Origin: Eledone cirrhosa
Taxonomy: Eukaryota
Direction: 5' to 3'
Assembly (NCBI GenBank): GCA_964016885.1
Contig: OZ024741.1
Span: forward strand, 14,756,001 to 14,820,000
DNA: 64,000 nt
Shown: positions 26,084 to 40,569 of the stretch, one piece after another
Layout of the letters: each line of letters starts with the position of its first letter
Numbering within the stretch: position 1 is the stretch's first letter
Position numbers and translations under genes: made by a program
The notes under the pieces: model-generated
Database searches by the model: none
What the model saw: only the letters and a program-made list of their open reading frames with translations
Told to the model about the DNA's origin: nothing

Positions 26084-27845
26084 GTATAAGATTATCCTAG
26101 ATGCAGTAATTTCGATAAGGGACACGCCAGTCACTCGTCTGAATCATATGGTTTTAAATCATGTAAAAACCCACCCACAAACCCCCATCTCGATGCTTTC
26201 GAACAAGATTTAATGAATACGACCATGAATATTAAGTTTACCAAACATAGAAGTAATGAGCTGCAGAGCAACATGAAAGCACTACTCCGAAGACTGCAAA
26301 ATACCAATGGAATTGTTGTGAAAGCTGACAAGACCTCTAACGTGTATACTATAGATATCGATACATACAACAGCTTCATACGCAATGAACTACAAAAAAC
26401 ATATAGAAAAACAAGTGAAACTACGCTAGCAAATATTAACAACGAGGCATACAAAGTGGTGAAGAATCTCAAGATAGACGATAGAACCGAGCCGATTATA
26501 CCCGCTACCCCCACCTTCAACCTGAAGGACCATAAGGTAAATTTTGACTCTAACCCTAAGATTAGACTTATATGCCCTTCTAAATCAGAGATAGGAAAAT
26601 TAGCAAACATATACTTGACAGAGTAATAACTCAAATGAAAAAGAAAATAGAAATTAAATTATGGGGCAACACTAGCGAAGCAATTGGCTGGTTTAATAAC
26701 GTTAAGAACAAGAATAAATCTAAGTTTATACAATTTGACATAGACGAATACTACTCTTCAATCTCACCAAGCACTTTACGTAAGGCCCTATCGTTTGCTA
26801 AAGTCAATTCCGACCTAACGGAGGACGAAATTAATATTATTCTCGAGGCTAGAAAAACTATTATTAAGTTTGATAACTGCTACTGGGAACGTAAGGACAG
26901 ACCCACAAACTTCGATATTACCATGGGTTCCAACGACTCAGCGGAGGTCACGGATCTTGTGGGAATTTACATAGCCCACATACTACATAGTAAATTTAGT
27001 AATCTACTGGGGGAATATACAGAGATGGCGGGCTCTTATTAGTTAATAACTTAAATAACCAAAATCTTGAAAGGCTACGGAAAAATATTAGAAAATCTTT
27101 TAGTGAACTGGGTCTAAAAATAACGTACGAATACAATCTTAAAGTAGGAAATTTTCTAGACGTAACTCTTAATTTAAATACCGGACTGATACGACCCTTC
27201 CACAAGATAAATGAAAGCCTTACCTATATCAATTTTAACTCAAACCACCCACTTTCCATGATCAAATCGGTTCCCCGTAGTATTTCTCTTAGAATCTCTC
27301 GCCTATCGACTAACTCTGAGATTTTCAGTGAACACGCTGAATACTATAATAACGCATTAAGGAATGCCGACCACCGAGATACAATAGAATACATTGATAA
27401 GAATCTCCATAACACACATAGCTCTACACGAAATCAAGGAATACGTACCTGAAAGATGTCCATTAAAGAATAAATGCCTAAAGTCCAACATTGTTTACCA
27501 ATGCACGGTTGAATCGAACGACCAGAAATGGTATTACATCGGGTCTACCACTACCTCGTTTAAATCTCGCTGGTACCGTCATCGATTCTCAATTAAACAT
27601 CCTGATCATTGTTTTGTGACCACGCTCGCCAACAAGACCTGGCAACTCCGTGAACGCAACCAACAGTTCACCTTGAAATATATACTTTCCAAGTGCATAT
27701 CGGAGTGGATTGAAGTACTGTAGGTTATGTAACCTTGAACTCTTTTACATCTTAAAATCCAAAAATAAATTACTAAATGATAGAATCGAACGATCATTAT
27801 ACTGCAACCACAAACTGAAAGCTAAATTCTCTCACTATAAAATAA
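26082..27845 (+). pseudogene. PLE reverse transcriptase + GIY-YIG endonuclease (Naiad-type), frameshifted and internally deleted
   Basis: KADKTSN, KIRLICP, IQFDIDEYYSSI, FDITMGSNDSAEV, YRDGGL (catalytic Asp lost), NFLDVTL, YINFNSNHP, CPL.NKCL..NIVY...YYIGST..FK.R..RH, CRLCNLE. Confidence 0.9.
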
Positions 27846-28357
27846 CTTAACATTCGAACCCGTAACTATAACATTGCTTTCTATCTAACCACTTTCTCTT
27901 CCCTTACACTACAAGACAATACCCTGCTTATCACTATAAATGGGAACTTAGTGCAATTCCTAGATTACTACTATGAATCCAATGTTCACCCACCCCATAG
28001 CTTTTGTCTGTCCCCTCTCTATCTCTCCCTCTCTATCCATTCCACTCTCTTTCTCTCGCCCTAGGTCTACCTCCCCCCCTCTCCACATCTATGAACCTGC
28101 CCTCTGGGGCAATAAATAATTCCAACCTTCACTATCAACGCATCGCTTAAGGTGGTCGCTTTGAGAGTAACCAGTATAATAAAACCCCTACCACAACATT
28201 TTGATTAAGATATCTACAAACCACTCTCTCCCATTTCTCCAACCCCTGCATATCTTTCTCTCTCTCTTCCTCTCCCCTTCATTTCTCTCTTCCTATTCTA
28301 CTCTATCTTCCCCAATAACCTCACTTAAGGGTATTTACATTGTACATTTAACCATTC

Positions 28358-28469
28358 TGCTCTGATGATACAGTGGTCACAGCATTTGATAATTGAGTTT
28401 TGCAAATAGTTATAAATTTGCACATAGCATAACTAGGCTGTATAACCACCGTGGAAACATTTGTAAGCA
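28358..28469 (+). ncRNA. Type I hammerhead ribozyme with long stem II, in the PLE 3' end
   Basis: TGCT CTGATGA TACAGTGGT..ACAGC...GCTGT..ACCACCGTG GAAAC ATTT GTA AGCA; AATAAA at 28475. Confidence 0.85.
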
Positions 28470-28519
28470 CACAGAATAAATTACCTTTTTATGATGTCTA
28501 CCTGTTATTATTTATTCTT

Positions 28520-28605
<86 letters not shown>

Positions 28606-28608
<3 letters not shown>

Positions 28609-28739
28609 CGTTTCTGAATTTGTTTAGCAAGATTCTTTATCTGAAATCGTGTGTTGAAACCGATATTGTTATACTTTGGGAGGGTCATGTTGCCAATATA
28701 CCCTGTTGGCAACATGACCCTCCCAAAGTATAACAATAT
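28606..28739. mobile_element. Minimal fold-back of the 8996/44995 PLE terminus (34-bp arms, 9-nt loop)
   Basis: ATATTGTTATACTTTGGGAGGGTCATGTTGCCAA and its reverse complement. Confidence 0.85.
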
Positions 28740-28897
28740 ATATATATATATATATGTATAAGCAAAATGAATAAATGTAGGAGTTGCAGGTCGTTAGAAC
28801 AAAATTCTTCTTCTTACACGATGTTTCTCCTCTCTTACGATACATATATATATCCTCAACAATATATATAAATATATATATATGTATACATATATCC

Positions 28898-28928
<31 letters not shown>

Positions 28929-29341
28929 TATAAGAAGTATTTCCGTAGGAAAGGTAAAGGAAAAGGGAGTGCTCTATGTAGGCTACAGAGCTTTTTAGTT
29001 ATGTAATAAACAACATAAGATAATTGATTCATTTACCAAAGGTTTCACGAAAACAGACGAGCTTGACACTTACGTCTGCCTTCAAACATAATAAATTCTT
29101 TCTGATGATTTTTATCTTATGTTGTTTATTACATAACTACATATATACATACATATATATATTTATATACATACATATATATACATATATATATAAATAT
29201 ATATATAATAAGATATATTACATATATATGTATGTATATAAATATATGTGTGTGTATAAATGTAATGCTTATACTTAATCAAATGATGACGTCATCCGCA
29301 ATTGTAAAAAGGACACAATGCACAAAATATTGCTTTAAATA

Positions 29342-29432
<91 letters not shown>

Positions 29433-29474
29433 AATAGATTGGCCATAGCCAAAGCTTCGATTTTATTAAGCTTC

Positions 29475-29513
<39 letters not shown>

Positions 29514-29604
29514 GGGGAGAAGAATACTGCAGGTTGCACATGGATAACATGTTATAAAATGAGTCCCTCATCAGTGATTTGCCAACGATCATAGATATTT
29601 CATA

Positions 29605-30283
29605 CAGGGGTTGTACAAAATAATTGTTTCTACTTTAGGCACAAGGCCAGCAAATACCCAGTGCATTACTGGTACTTTATTTTATCGACCCCGTAAGGAT
29701 GAAAGGCAAAGTCAACCTCGGCGGGATTTGAACAAAATAATGGAAACACCTAGCATCATAGCATCATAATTTTGAAATATCTATAAAACCGTCAAAAGCT
29801 TGTTTATTTTTGTTTTTTTTATTTATTATTAGTGTTGCTTAATATGTTTTGTTAAAATTGCTGTTTGTTTTCAGATATCATCAGAAAAAGGTAATTAAAA
29901 TCCATTAAAATGACAGATCTATCGGACTTTCAAGAGGTCAAATTGTTGGGGCTCGTATGGCAGGCGCTAGCGTAACGAAAACAGCCGAAATGTTTGGTGT
30001 ATCAAGAAGTACTGTCTCGAGAGTAATGCCAGCTTTTGAGAAAGAGGGAAAAACCTCCTCGTCGAAACAAAACGTCGGAGGAAAACCAAAATTTTCAGAT
30101 AGGGACCGTCCGACTCTTACGCGAATTGTTAGAAAGGATCACAAAAGTACAGCTCCCAAAATTACTGCAGAGCTTAATGACCACCTCGAGAACAATAAAA
30201 ATAAACAAACTTTTGACCGTTTTATAGATATTTCAAAATTATGATGCTATGATGCTAGGTGTTTCCATTATTTTGTCCAACCC

Positions 30284-30286
<3 letters not shown>
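29605..30286 (+). mobile_element. Internally deleted Tc1-like transposon with ~90-bp TIRs
   Basis: TA-CAGGGGTTG...CAACCCCTG-TA; frameshifted N-terminus MTDLSDF/RGQIVGARMAGASVTKTAEMFGVSRSTVS...KITAELN at 29910-30190; no DDE domain. Confidence 0.92.
29625..29732 (-). mobile_element. 5'-truncated Nin-domain SINE nested in the left Tc1 TIR; TSD ACAAAATAAT
   Basis: Direct repeat on both sides; removing it restores the TIR. Confidence 0.9.
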
Positions 30287-30326
<40 letters not shown>

Positions 30327-30364
30327 CCTTGCAGAGTTCAAAGCGAAATACAATGATGGTTTAT

Positions 30365-30810
30365 ATAGGCATAAGACCAACAATCTTGTTGGAAGGGAAA
30401 GTCGATTAAATCGACCCTAGTGCGTTACTGGTACTTTATTTTATCGACACCATAAATATGAAAAGCAAAGTTAACTTCGGTTAGATTTGAACTCAGAACG
30501 TAAAGGGACGTGTACATAATCCTTGTTGAAACAAGACCACTAAACCGAATTCTTTCAACAAAGTGAACTTCGCTAAAAGCATATAAGTGGTAATGTTAAA
30601 TCGTGTGGCAGGTGATGTCCTCCACTAAAAAAACGCTAAGAGCACAAAAGGTTCTATGAAATATAACTATCCTTTTTAAAGGATGAATATTTAAATTATA
30701 ATTGTTTCTACTTTTGGCACAAGGCCAGTAATTACCCTAGTGCATTACTGGTACTTTATTTTATCGACCCCGTAAGGATAAAAGACAAAGTTAACCACGG
30801 CGGATTTTAA
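30365..30810 (-). mobile_element. Two further Nin-domain SINE fragments (30365-30511; 30700-30806 with TSD TTAAATTATAAT)
   Basis: TACTGGTACTTTATTTTATCGAC...AAAGTTAAC core; other partial copies at 31392-31492 (-) and 33553-33662 (+). Confidence 0.8.
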
Positions 30811-31357
30811 ATTATAATACATCCAACATTATTCTATATATGAACGTTTTAAGTTATATTACCAATGGTATTTTAGTGAAATAAATTGATAGTTTTAGTA
30901 AACCATTCCAAATATATGCTTAATTCAAAACTGTGTGTTTCATTAGAAATTTGGTAACGAAAGTATATAACATTATATAGTTATTTTTCAAACAACCTTT
31001 TTTCGAGATATAGGTTTAGAAACAAATGATGACAGGTTTACTCTATTTTCAATACATTTAATAAAAAAGAAAAGGAGTCGATCGTCAGATCGGACCGAGT
31101 AAACAACGTTTCCATTGAGCTTTCCATTGTTGATACCATCTGCCAGTGGTAACTCCTGACAGAAGGAGATATGCGAAATCAAGTACTTTACTGTAAACTA
31201 CAATGCCCAGTCCAGGAATCGAACACACGACCTTATCATCGCAAATCTCACAGCCAAACCACCGATGAAATGTGTAGCTACTTTTAATTGGGACTAATTT
31301 CCATTTAAAACGGAATACTTTACAATCTTCGCCGCTCCCCTTCTCTATGTATGTATC

Positions 31358-31389
<32 letters not shown>

Positions 31390-31565
31390 AATGTTTCTAC
31401 TTTTGGAACAAGGCCAGCAATTATCCCAGTGTATTACTGGTAGTTTATTTTATCGACCCCGTAAGGATGAAAAGCAAAGTTAACCTCGGCGAGATTATAT
31501 ATATATATATATATAAAATATTAAACAAATAATGAACACTACCGTAAACTCTTGGTAGATTTATC

Positions 31566-31618
<53 letters not shown>

Positions 31619-31694
31619 GTATTGAAGTTTCCGTTGAAAATTGAAAAAGTCATAGGAGTGAAGAGTGCTCTATGTCAGTTACAGAGCTAAATTG

Positions 31695-31762
31695 CCTTGT
31701 CTGACGAACGAATGCGGACGTTTCTTGTATTCGTCTCATTCGGGAACCCTCTGGTAATGAGG
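31695..31762 (+). ncRNA. Type I hammerhead, one substitution in the GAAA box
   Basis: CCTTGT CTGACGA A-CGAATG-CGGACG...CGTCT-CATTCG-G GAAC CCTCTGG TA ATGAGG; stem I 6 bp with wobbles. Confidence 0.65.
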
Positions 31763-31788
31763 TAATTGTATTGTATTGTTTATTATAC

Positions 31789-31960
<172 letters not shown>

Positions 31961-31963
31961 AAT

Positions 31964-32022
<59 letters not shown>

Positions 32023-32272
32023 TATAAATAATTATAAATAATTATATATATATATATATATAACGAAGGAAGTGTGGTAAGGAACCAGGTGGATCATAAC
32101 GCACCAGAGTACTCGATACTTTGGGTAGTTGAGTGGGTAATAGGGAAAGGTTCACGACCCCGACGGCTGAGCTCAAGTCGTTTCGACGGCTATTTCTGGA
32201 CTCCAGAAATAGCCATCGAAACGTGTTGAGCTCTGACGTCGGGGTCCTGAACCGTTTCCTATATATATATAG

Positions 32273-32336
<64 letters not shown>

Positions 32337-32787
32337 GCCTACAAAAGAGGGGCATGTTGATATCATTCCATCATATAACCCCATAGCATAACCCTAACTA
32401 ACGTTTACATCAATCCCTCTCCATATATCTACATATTATCAGCGAAACTGATAGCAGTGAGGTGAATTTTCATAAGGCGTTGTCAAATGTGTTTCTGCCC
32501 CCTGAAACACACGACAACCAATCCTGTTTGATCATTATACATTCTTCCAGCCCCTGCCTACCAGCTTCTCTCTCCACCCACACGCAACAACACTCTCATC
32601 ACAGGATAGGTATCATTACATGATGCTACTGATATCTGTGAAGCTTCGGTGTGAGACAGCCAGAGAGGAGGCTCCTCGGCTTTCAGCGATTCCTGGCGTT
32701 TAGCTGAAACGCGAACGTTAGATCGTTTACAGCTTACATCACACACCCACATATATATAAAGAGAGAAAGAGGGAGGGAGAGAAGGG

Positions 32788-32818
<31 letters not shown>

Positions 32819-32991
32819 TCATATATATATATATACATATATATATATCATTCGAATGAAACAGTTCTAGTCCTGTAGAAGCCATTTCTATATTGAATAT
32901 TTATACTCTACTAATTTATTCAGTACCTACTTACTGTGGTTACCCGATTGAACCCGGGTTACACAAATCTATCTATCTATCTATCTATGAA

Positions 32992-33054
<63 letters not shown>

Positions 33055-33160
33055 CGAAAGAGGTGTGGTAAGGAACTAGATGGACCATAACACAGAAATA
33101 GCCGTCGAAACGGCTTGATCTCTGCCTTCGGGGGTCATACATCTTCCTATATATATACAC

Positions 33161-33203
<43 letters not shown>

Positions 33204-33332
33204 TCCCGAGTTCAATCGGGGTAACAACAATAAGTAGGTACTCAATACATTAGCAGAGTATAAATTTTTAATATAGAAATGGCTTCTACAGGACTAAAAC
33301 TGTTTCATTCGAAAGAAATCACCAGAAAAGCT

Positions 33333-33367
33333 TTACTGAAGATTTCTATCGAATGAAACAGGTCTAG
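33333..33367 (+). ncRNA. Minimal type I hammerhead in the loop of a fold-back insert (33200-33400)
   Basis: TTA CTGAAGA TTTC-TATC-GAAT GAAAC AG GTC TAG; family also at 10900-11000 and 32850-32962. Confidence 0.6.
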
Positions 33368-33400
33368 TCCTGTACAGTACAATCTATTTCTATATTAAAC

Positions 33401-33449
<49 letters not shown>

Positions 33450-33846
33450 TAGGTTCCATTTAATTTTAGTTATCCAAGGAGTAATCTGTGAGTTTCTTGA
33501 TCTGTAGTTAACCCTTTCATTACCGTATTTCCAATGAAAATTACTGACTATTAAATCCCGTCGAGGTTAACTTTGCCTTTCATCCTTACGGGGTCGATAA
33601 AATAAAGTACCAGTAATACACTGGGATAATTGCTGGCCTTGTGCCAAAAGTAGAAACAATTATTATCACAGTTAGTTAACAGTATAACTAAATTTCTCCT
33701 TATGTAGATAGTCTTCCAAACATAACACAAAGGACATTACATACAATTATGACGGAAAGTTTTTAGATAAATATAAACATTTTAAAATAAACAAAGCCGT
33801 TTCAGAGGTCTTGAATAAATTAAAAATATATTTATCAACTATTCAC

Positions 33847-34247
33847 AGGTCCCAAATAATAGGGGGTGGGGATTGGAAGGTTGGAATAAGCCGGCAGGTG
33901 GAGGTTGGAAAACAGGTAATTATTCTAGGTTGCCTGCGTTGAATTTTTCAAAAACCAGAATTAGACGTTTAGTTTACATATTGAGACCTCAACCCATCCT
34001 ATTTATTTTATAACATATGGGATTTCTAGTAATGTACTTTTTTTGGTTATGTATAATGGTTTTTAATGCATAAAAAATATCAATTGTTGCAGGGATGCTA
34101 CTAATTAAAGTAAAACTTTGCCGCAGATAGATTAGTAAAATTTAATAAACGGGGTGAAGGGGATTGGAATAAGAACGGTGGTGGGTGAAAAACTTTGAAA
34201 AATTAATAAGTGAGGAGGGGGTAGGTGGATTATTCGAGACACGGGAC
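33847..34247 (+). mobile_element. MITE-like repeat, second copy of 6701-7092
   Basis: Sequence similarity; imperfect TIR-like ends GTCCCAAATAAT / ATTATTCGAGAC. Confidence 0.7.
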
Positions 34248-34714
34248 TACGTTAAGATGAAATAAATAAATTGACTTCAGCGGGAGTTGAAAAGAGACCG
34301 TAGAGACACTGAATAATGTCTCAAGACGTGCCAGGTGACCCTCTAACCAATCTAGCTCTATGTCCTAAATCGAACTAAATGGCTGACAGTATCATGTATT
34401 TTTCTCTCATTCTTCTCAGTTCAAATCTTTCAAGACAGGAGATTGTATTTTACCATCCGACAGGAATCGATAACAAAATTATCAATCATGTATATATATC
34501 GATTTTAACGAGTATAGCCCCAATCGAACACACCCCGTAGTTTGTTGTCCATGTGTGAATGAAACGTATCATTATTGAAAATAATACTGCGAGGAATTAA
34601 ACAACAACAACAACAACAACAATAATAATAAAGTCAACAACAATTGTAATAATAAGAAGCAGTTCAAGGCAATTTGAATGACCCTTTAACGACAATGTAC
34701 GTTTGTATACGTAC

Positions 34715-34873
<159 letters not shown>

Positions 34874-34908
34874 TATATGCATATATGCATATATATATAT
34901 ATATATGA

Positions 34909-34981
<73 letters not shown>

Positions 34982-35027
34982 CATATATATATACATATAT
35001 ATATATATATATGATATATATATATAC

Positions 35028-35089
<62 letters not shown>

Positions 35090-35802
35090 CATATATATAT
35101 ATATATATATGCATACACACACATACACACATATATATATATGTGTGTGTGTGTATGTGTGTATATATATATATATACATATATACATATATATTCATAA
35201 TGAGAATAAATATAACACATACACACAACCACACACACACACACAACCACACACATTACACACACACTCACACGCACGTCGATATTGAAAGAATGAGATG
35301 TAAGAGAGAAAGGAAAGTTTTAATAGTAAGAGGAAGAAATCAGAGAAGGGAAACAGGAGGGGGGTATAAAGAGAGAAAGAGTGAGCGGGAGGAGTAAGGG
35401 TGAGTGAGAGTGATCGGTTTTCTTCTAGACAACTTCTTCCCTTGTTTATTCAACAGATCCTAATAGCTTTTGTGAAAGTCAAATTGATGCAGAAATAAAC
35501 CCAATTATCACTAAGCCGTTTATTTGACGTTTTCGGCGACATTCGCTCATTGTCAAGATTTCAATATTTTTATTTTTCATTGTAAAGTTGTATCTTTCGA
35601 CTAACATTCTTGAATTCAGTTTTATTATAATGATTAATGAGACATTGTGTTTGTGTAGAGACATGGAAGATACACAAATACGGATACATACGTGTAACAG
35701 TACACATTTACAGACAACACTGCATACAATATATACAGGAGTGTGTTCGGGAATCTATGTTTATGAATGCATATATATATGAATGTATATATATGTATAA
35801 AA

Positions 35803-35852
<50 letters not shown>

Positions 35853-35867
35853 ATATATATATGTATG

Positions 35868-35954
<87 letters not shown>

Positions 35955-36153
35955 CGGAGGAAAAGTGATAAGGAACCAGGTGGACCATAACGCACCAAAG
36001 TACTCAATACTTAGGGTAGTAGAGTGGGTAATAGGAACAAGTAAGACCCCGACGGCTGAGCTCAAGCCGCTTCGACGGCTAATTCTGGAATTAGCCGTCG
36101 AAACGTATGTATATATATATATAAACGTATGTATATATATATATATATATATT

Positions 36154-36245
<92 letters not shown>

Positions 36246-36611
36246 CGTGTGTGTGTGTATATGCATGTCTATGTAAGCAGACATATTTTTCATCAGTCAT
36301 ATATGTACATTGTGCGCATTTCTACATCTGTTCGGGAGACACGATATATACTTTTATATACACACACATATATATATATCACTGTGGAAGGTGTACATAT
36401 ATGTATATATATATATATGTACGTGTATACATACATTAATACATACATATATACATATATACAAATATACTTACATACATACATACATACATACTTATAT
36501 ACATAAATATATCCCAGTCAGTTGAATAATATATATTAGCTAATTACGAATTTAAATCAATATATATGTGCATTTATTCCTGCATATATATCATCTATAC
36601 ACATGTATGTA

Positions 36612-36673
<62 letters not shown>

Positions 36674-36957
36674 CGTGTGTATGCATATATATGAATATAT
36701 ATAAATATATATATACAGTATAAATATATATATATATATCTGAGTGTATAGGTGTGTATGCATGGTTGTGTGTGTATGTCTGTGGGTGCAGTATATGTAT
36801 ATATGTATGTAACAATATTTATATATCAGTAAATATATATGTATACAACAATCCATCTATCAATGTAACTAAAATCCCATTTATTCAATGATTTTCTCAT
36901 ACGCATGCGTACATTGAGGTTTCTGAATGTCAATAAAAGGGAATAAAACAATATTTC

Positions 36958-37020
<63 letters not shown>

Positions 37021-37097
37021 TATATATATATGCATATACACATATATAGATTTTATATGTATATTTCTGTTTGTGAGTATATGTATGCACACACACA

Positions 37098-37154
<57 letters not shown>

Positions 37155-37720
37155 ATCTTTTCTCGCAAACATGTTATATCAAGTGAACAGTGACACAACC
37201 TCACGACAATGTTTGAGCTTAATCACGTTTCATGTTTCCTCATTGGTAACTTTACTTTACATTTGTAAACCACTTCCTTATATTCATTGGTGTTCCAACA
37301 CTTTTCTAACTTGTAATCACATATTGTCCTAAGTCTTTTTAGTTTGTCATAAATAAATAGAGTATAATGCTACTTTAGATTTGAAAAACTACCAAACTAC
37401 CATCGTTGTTGTCTAAAGTTGGCCAAATGACAATATATGAAAATTTCTTTCAACACACGACCCCACATCAAGAATCTTGCAACTCAAATATATAACCGTA
37501 ATATAAGTGCCACGGCACTTTTCCTGACGTCACATAAAATTCTGTGTCCTTCCTTTAGCTTAATTGTAATAAATAAATGAATTGTCTCTTGTCTCTTATT
37601 CCGTAGGATAGTGTTTGGCTTGTGTCAGCGGCTGTGACCTCGGGTTGACCAGCAGTACCGTTGGGAGGGGTCAAAACTGCCCACGTCCTTCTTTATGACC
37701 AATAACCATGGAGTTTTGCG

Positions 37721-37820
<100 letters not shown>

Positions 37821-37915
37821 TGTGTGTGTGTGAGTGTGTATGTATAAATATATATATATATATATTATTCAAAATATTAACAAATGAAAGATATTCACAT
37901 AATCAAAATATATGC

Positions 37916-37977
37916 TTTATTATATATATTTCAAAGGTACTGTGTTTTTTTTTTTCTGTACGTCTTCATCAGATAAA
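37916..37977 (-). ncRNA. Type I hammerhead ribozyme, canonical core
   Basis: TTTAT CTGATGA AGAC-GTAC..A-rich loop..GTAC-CTTT GAAA TATATA TA ATAAA. Confidence 0.75.
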
Positions 37978-38112
37978 ATATATGATTTGATATATGACAT
38001 ACCGCTATGGTCTTGATTATACAATTCCAGCATTGGCAGTTGAGTGTTGAGTGCATTTAATCTATTGTAAAATTGTATTTATTGAGTAATCAAGGAACCA
38101 TATTAATCTTTA

Positions 38113-38263
<151 letters not shown>

Positions 38264-38264
38264 C

Positions 38265-38490
38265 ATACAGGACCACCAACACCAAAAAGATGAGTTACCA
38301 CGCAATTTTTGCAACTCGTTGTCTTGTCCCTTGATAAAAAGCAAAAAGTTTTTGCGGATAGTCCACAACAATCAACAGGAGAAAACAGCAGTACTTTCTA
38401 GGCACATTTGGAAACGAAAGGATGAAAGAATATAGGCAAACAACACCTGGATAATCATAGGCATATCACCAGCGGATAGAACTGTGTCAT
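38265..38490 (+). mobile_element. Degraded PLE GIY-YIG fragment
   Basis: EKTAVLSRHIWKRKDERI*ANNTWIII resembles TTLANKTWQLRERNQQF in the 26-27 kb PLE. Confidence 0.5.
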
Positions 38491-38829
38491 CCAACATACC
38501 GTTATATACAGGCATACATGTATATGTGTTTATATAAATTCAATTTATAATAAATTGAAGTGAAAGCAACTGGGGTGTGTGTTTCTTATTGGCAACATGA
38601 CCCTCCCAAAGTATAACTATATATATATTTATATATATATCGAGTGCACTCCCTAATATTAGGTCAAGGTTGACTATACGGAATGACCAGCTCTATCCAG
38701 TGGTGAACCAACAAACCTAAATGGACCCTTCACTGTATAAACACCCACACATATATTTAAATGTGTGTCCATAGCGATGTGAGTTTGAGAGAAAAATGGA
38801 GAGAGCTATATATATATATATACATGTAG

Positions 38830-38919
<90 letters not shown>

Positions 38920-38923
38920 ATAT

Positions 38924-38971
<48 letters not shown>

Positions 38972-38973
38972 AC

Positions 38974-39137
<164 letters not shown>

Positions 39138-39289
39138 CATATATATATACATGTATATATATATATATACATGTATATATATACATGCAAGCAAATGCTT
39201 GTCTTTAGTCACTTGAAAGAAATCTAAAACTCAAAGAGAAGTTAGTGAGTGAAGCGGTAATAGTATTATAAGGGAGGGCGTGGTGTGGG

Positions 39290-39499
39290 TTGGGTGGTGG
39301 TGATATAGTAACAGCTACACCAGTACTAGTTGTAGTGGTGGTGGTGGTAGTGGTGGTAGAGGTGATGGTGGTGGTGGTGGTGGTGGTGGTGGTGGTGGTG
39401 GTGGTCGTGGTGGTGGTCGTGGTGGTGGTCGTGGTGGTGTTGGTGGTGGTGGTGGTAGTGTTGGTGGAGGTGGTGGTGGTTGTGGTGGTGTTGGTGGTG

Positions 39500-39564
<65 letters not shown>

Positions 39565-39766
39565 GGTGGGGGTGGTGGTGGTGGTGGTTGTTGTGGTGGT
39601 GTTGGTGGTGGTGGTAGTAGTATTAGTAGTGGTGGTGGTGGTGGAGGTGGTGGTGGTGGTAGTAGTAGTAGTAGTAGTGGTGGTGGTGGTGGTTGTGGTG
39701 GTGGTGTTGTTGTTGTTTTGTTGTTGGTGGTGGTGGTGGTGGTGGTGGTGGTGGTGTTAGTGGTGA

Positions 39767-39797
<31 letters not shown>

Positions 39798-39889
39798 TGT
39801 GGTAGGTGTGGTGGTGTTGATGGTGGTAGTGGTGGTGGTGGTAGTAGTATTAGTAGTAGTAGTGGTGGTGGTGGTGGTGGTTGTGGTAA

Positions 39890-39922
<33 letters not shown>

Positions 39923-39990
39923 AGTAATGGTGGTGGTGGTGGTGGTAATAGTAGTAGTAATGGTGGTAGGGGTGGTAGTAGTAGTAGTAG
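39290..39990. repeat. (GGT)n/(AGT)n compound repeat
   Basis: Direct reading. Confidence 0.95.
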
Positions 39991-40428
39991 CGAAAAAATA
40001 TACCAAAAACACACACACACATATACACGCAACGAACGCTCCGATAAAAAGAAGAAAGAATAGAGGAAAGAAAGAAGGAAAGAAGGATAGAAAGAAAGAA
40101 AGAAGGAAAGAGAGAAAGAAAAGGGAAAGAAAGAAAGAAAAGCGGAGAGGGAGAATTGGAATAAATAAACAACCAAAATATACAAATATATAAATAAAAA
40201 TGTATAAAACGAGGAGGAGGAGTAGAAGGGAGACTAGAAGGGGTAGTAGGAGGGGTAAAATGGGGAGGAAAAGGGTGAGTAGAAGGGATAGAAAGGGGTA
40301 GTAGTATGGAGAGTAGAATGTGTAGTAGGAGGGTAGAAGGGGTGGAAGGGAGAGTAGAAGGTGGGGGTAGAAGCACAAAATACAAAAGGAGAGCTGAAAA
40401 AAAAAATCGGTGCTGTGTGAAAAGCTTG

Positions 40429-40569
40429 CCAATGAGTGAGATGAGATTAAAGATGGCGGCATGAGATGAATAGTGAGGAATTTTCGATAATGGTCTTATT
40501 ACTTTCTGCTGGCATTTCATCTTTATTCTTTGAAATGGCGCTTGTTCGCAATATCGCTTGGCCGCCATC
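40429..40569. promoter_or_regulatory. Cluster of YY1/Pho-type motifs plus CCAAT
   Basis: CCAAT 40429, AAGATGGCGGC 40450-40460, AAATGGCG 40533-40540, GCCGCCATC 40561-40569. Confidence 0.4.

Larger units (their letters stand above)
26082..28520 (+). mobile_element. 5'-truncated Penelope-like retroelement in (TA)n
   Basis: RT/EN relic, pyrimidine-rich 3' UTR, HHR and AATAAA; (TA)n at both ends. Confidence 0.88.

Noticed and set aside
27850-28350. SECIS element in the Naiad-like 3' UTR
   Set aside because: ATGA motifs lack a properly placed GA partner and AA loop, and no conserved in-frame TGA was seen.
32625-32725. Possible hammerhead (TTTCAGC...GCTGAAAC...GTT)
   Set aside because: No identifiable CUGANGA core with matching stem I.
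35430-35500. Splice acceptor-like TTCCCTTGTTTATTCAACAG exon
   Set aside because: Followed by early stops and no convincing donor.
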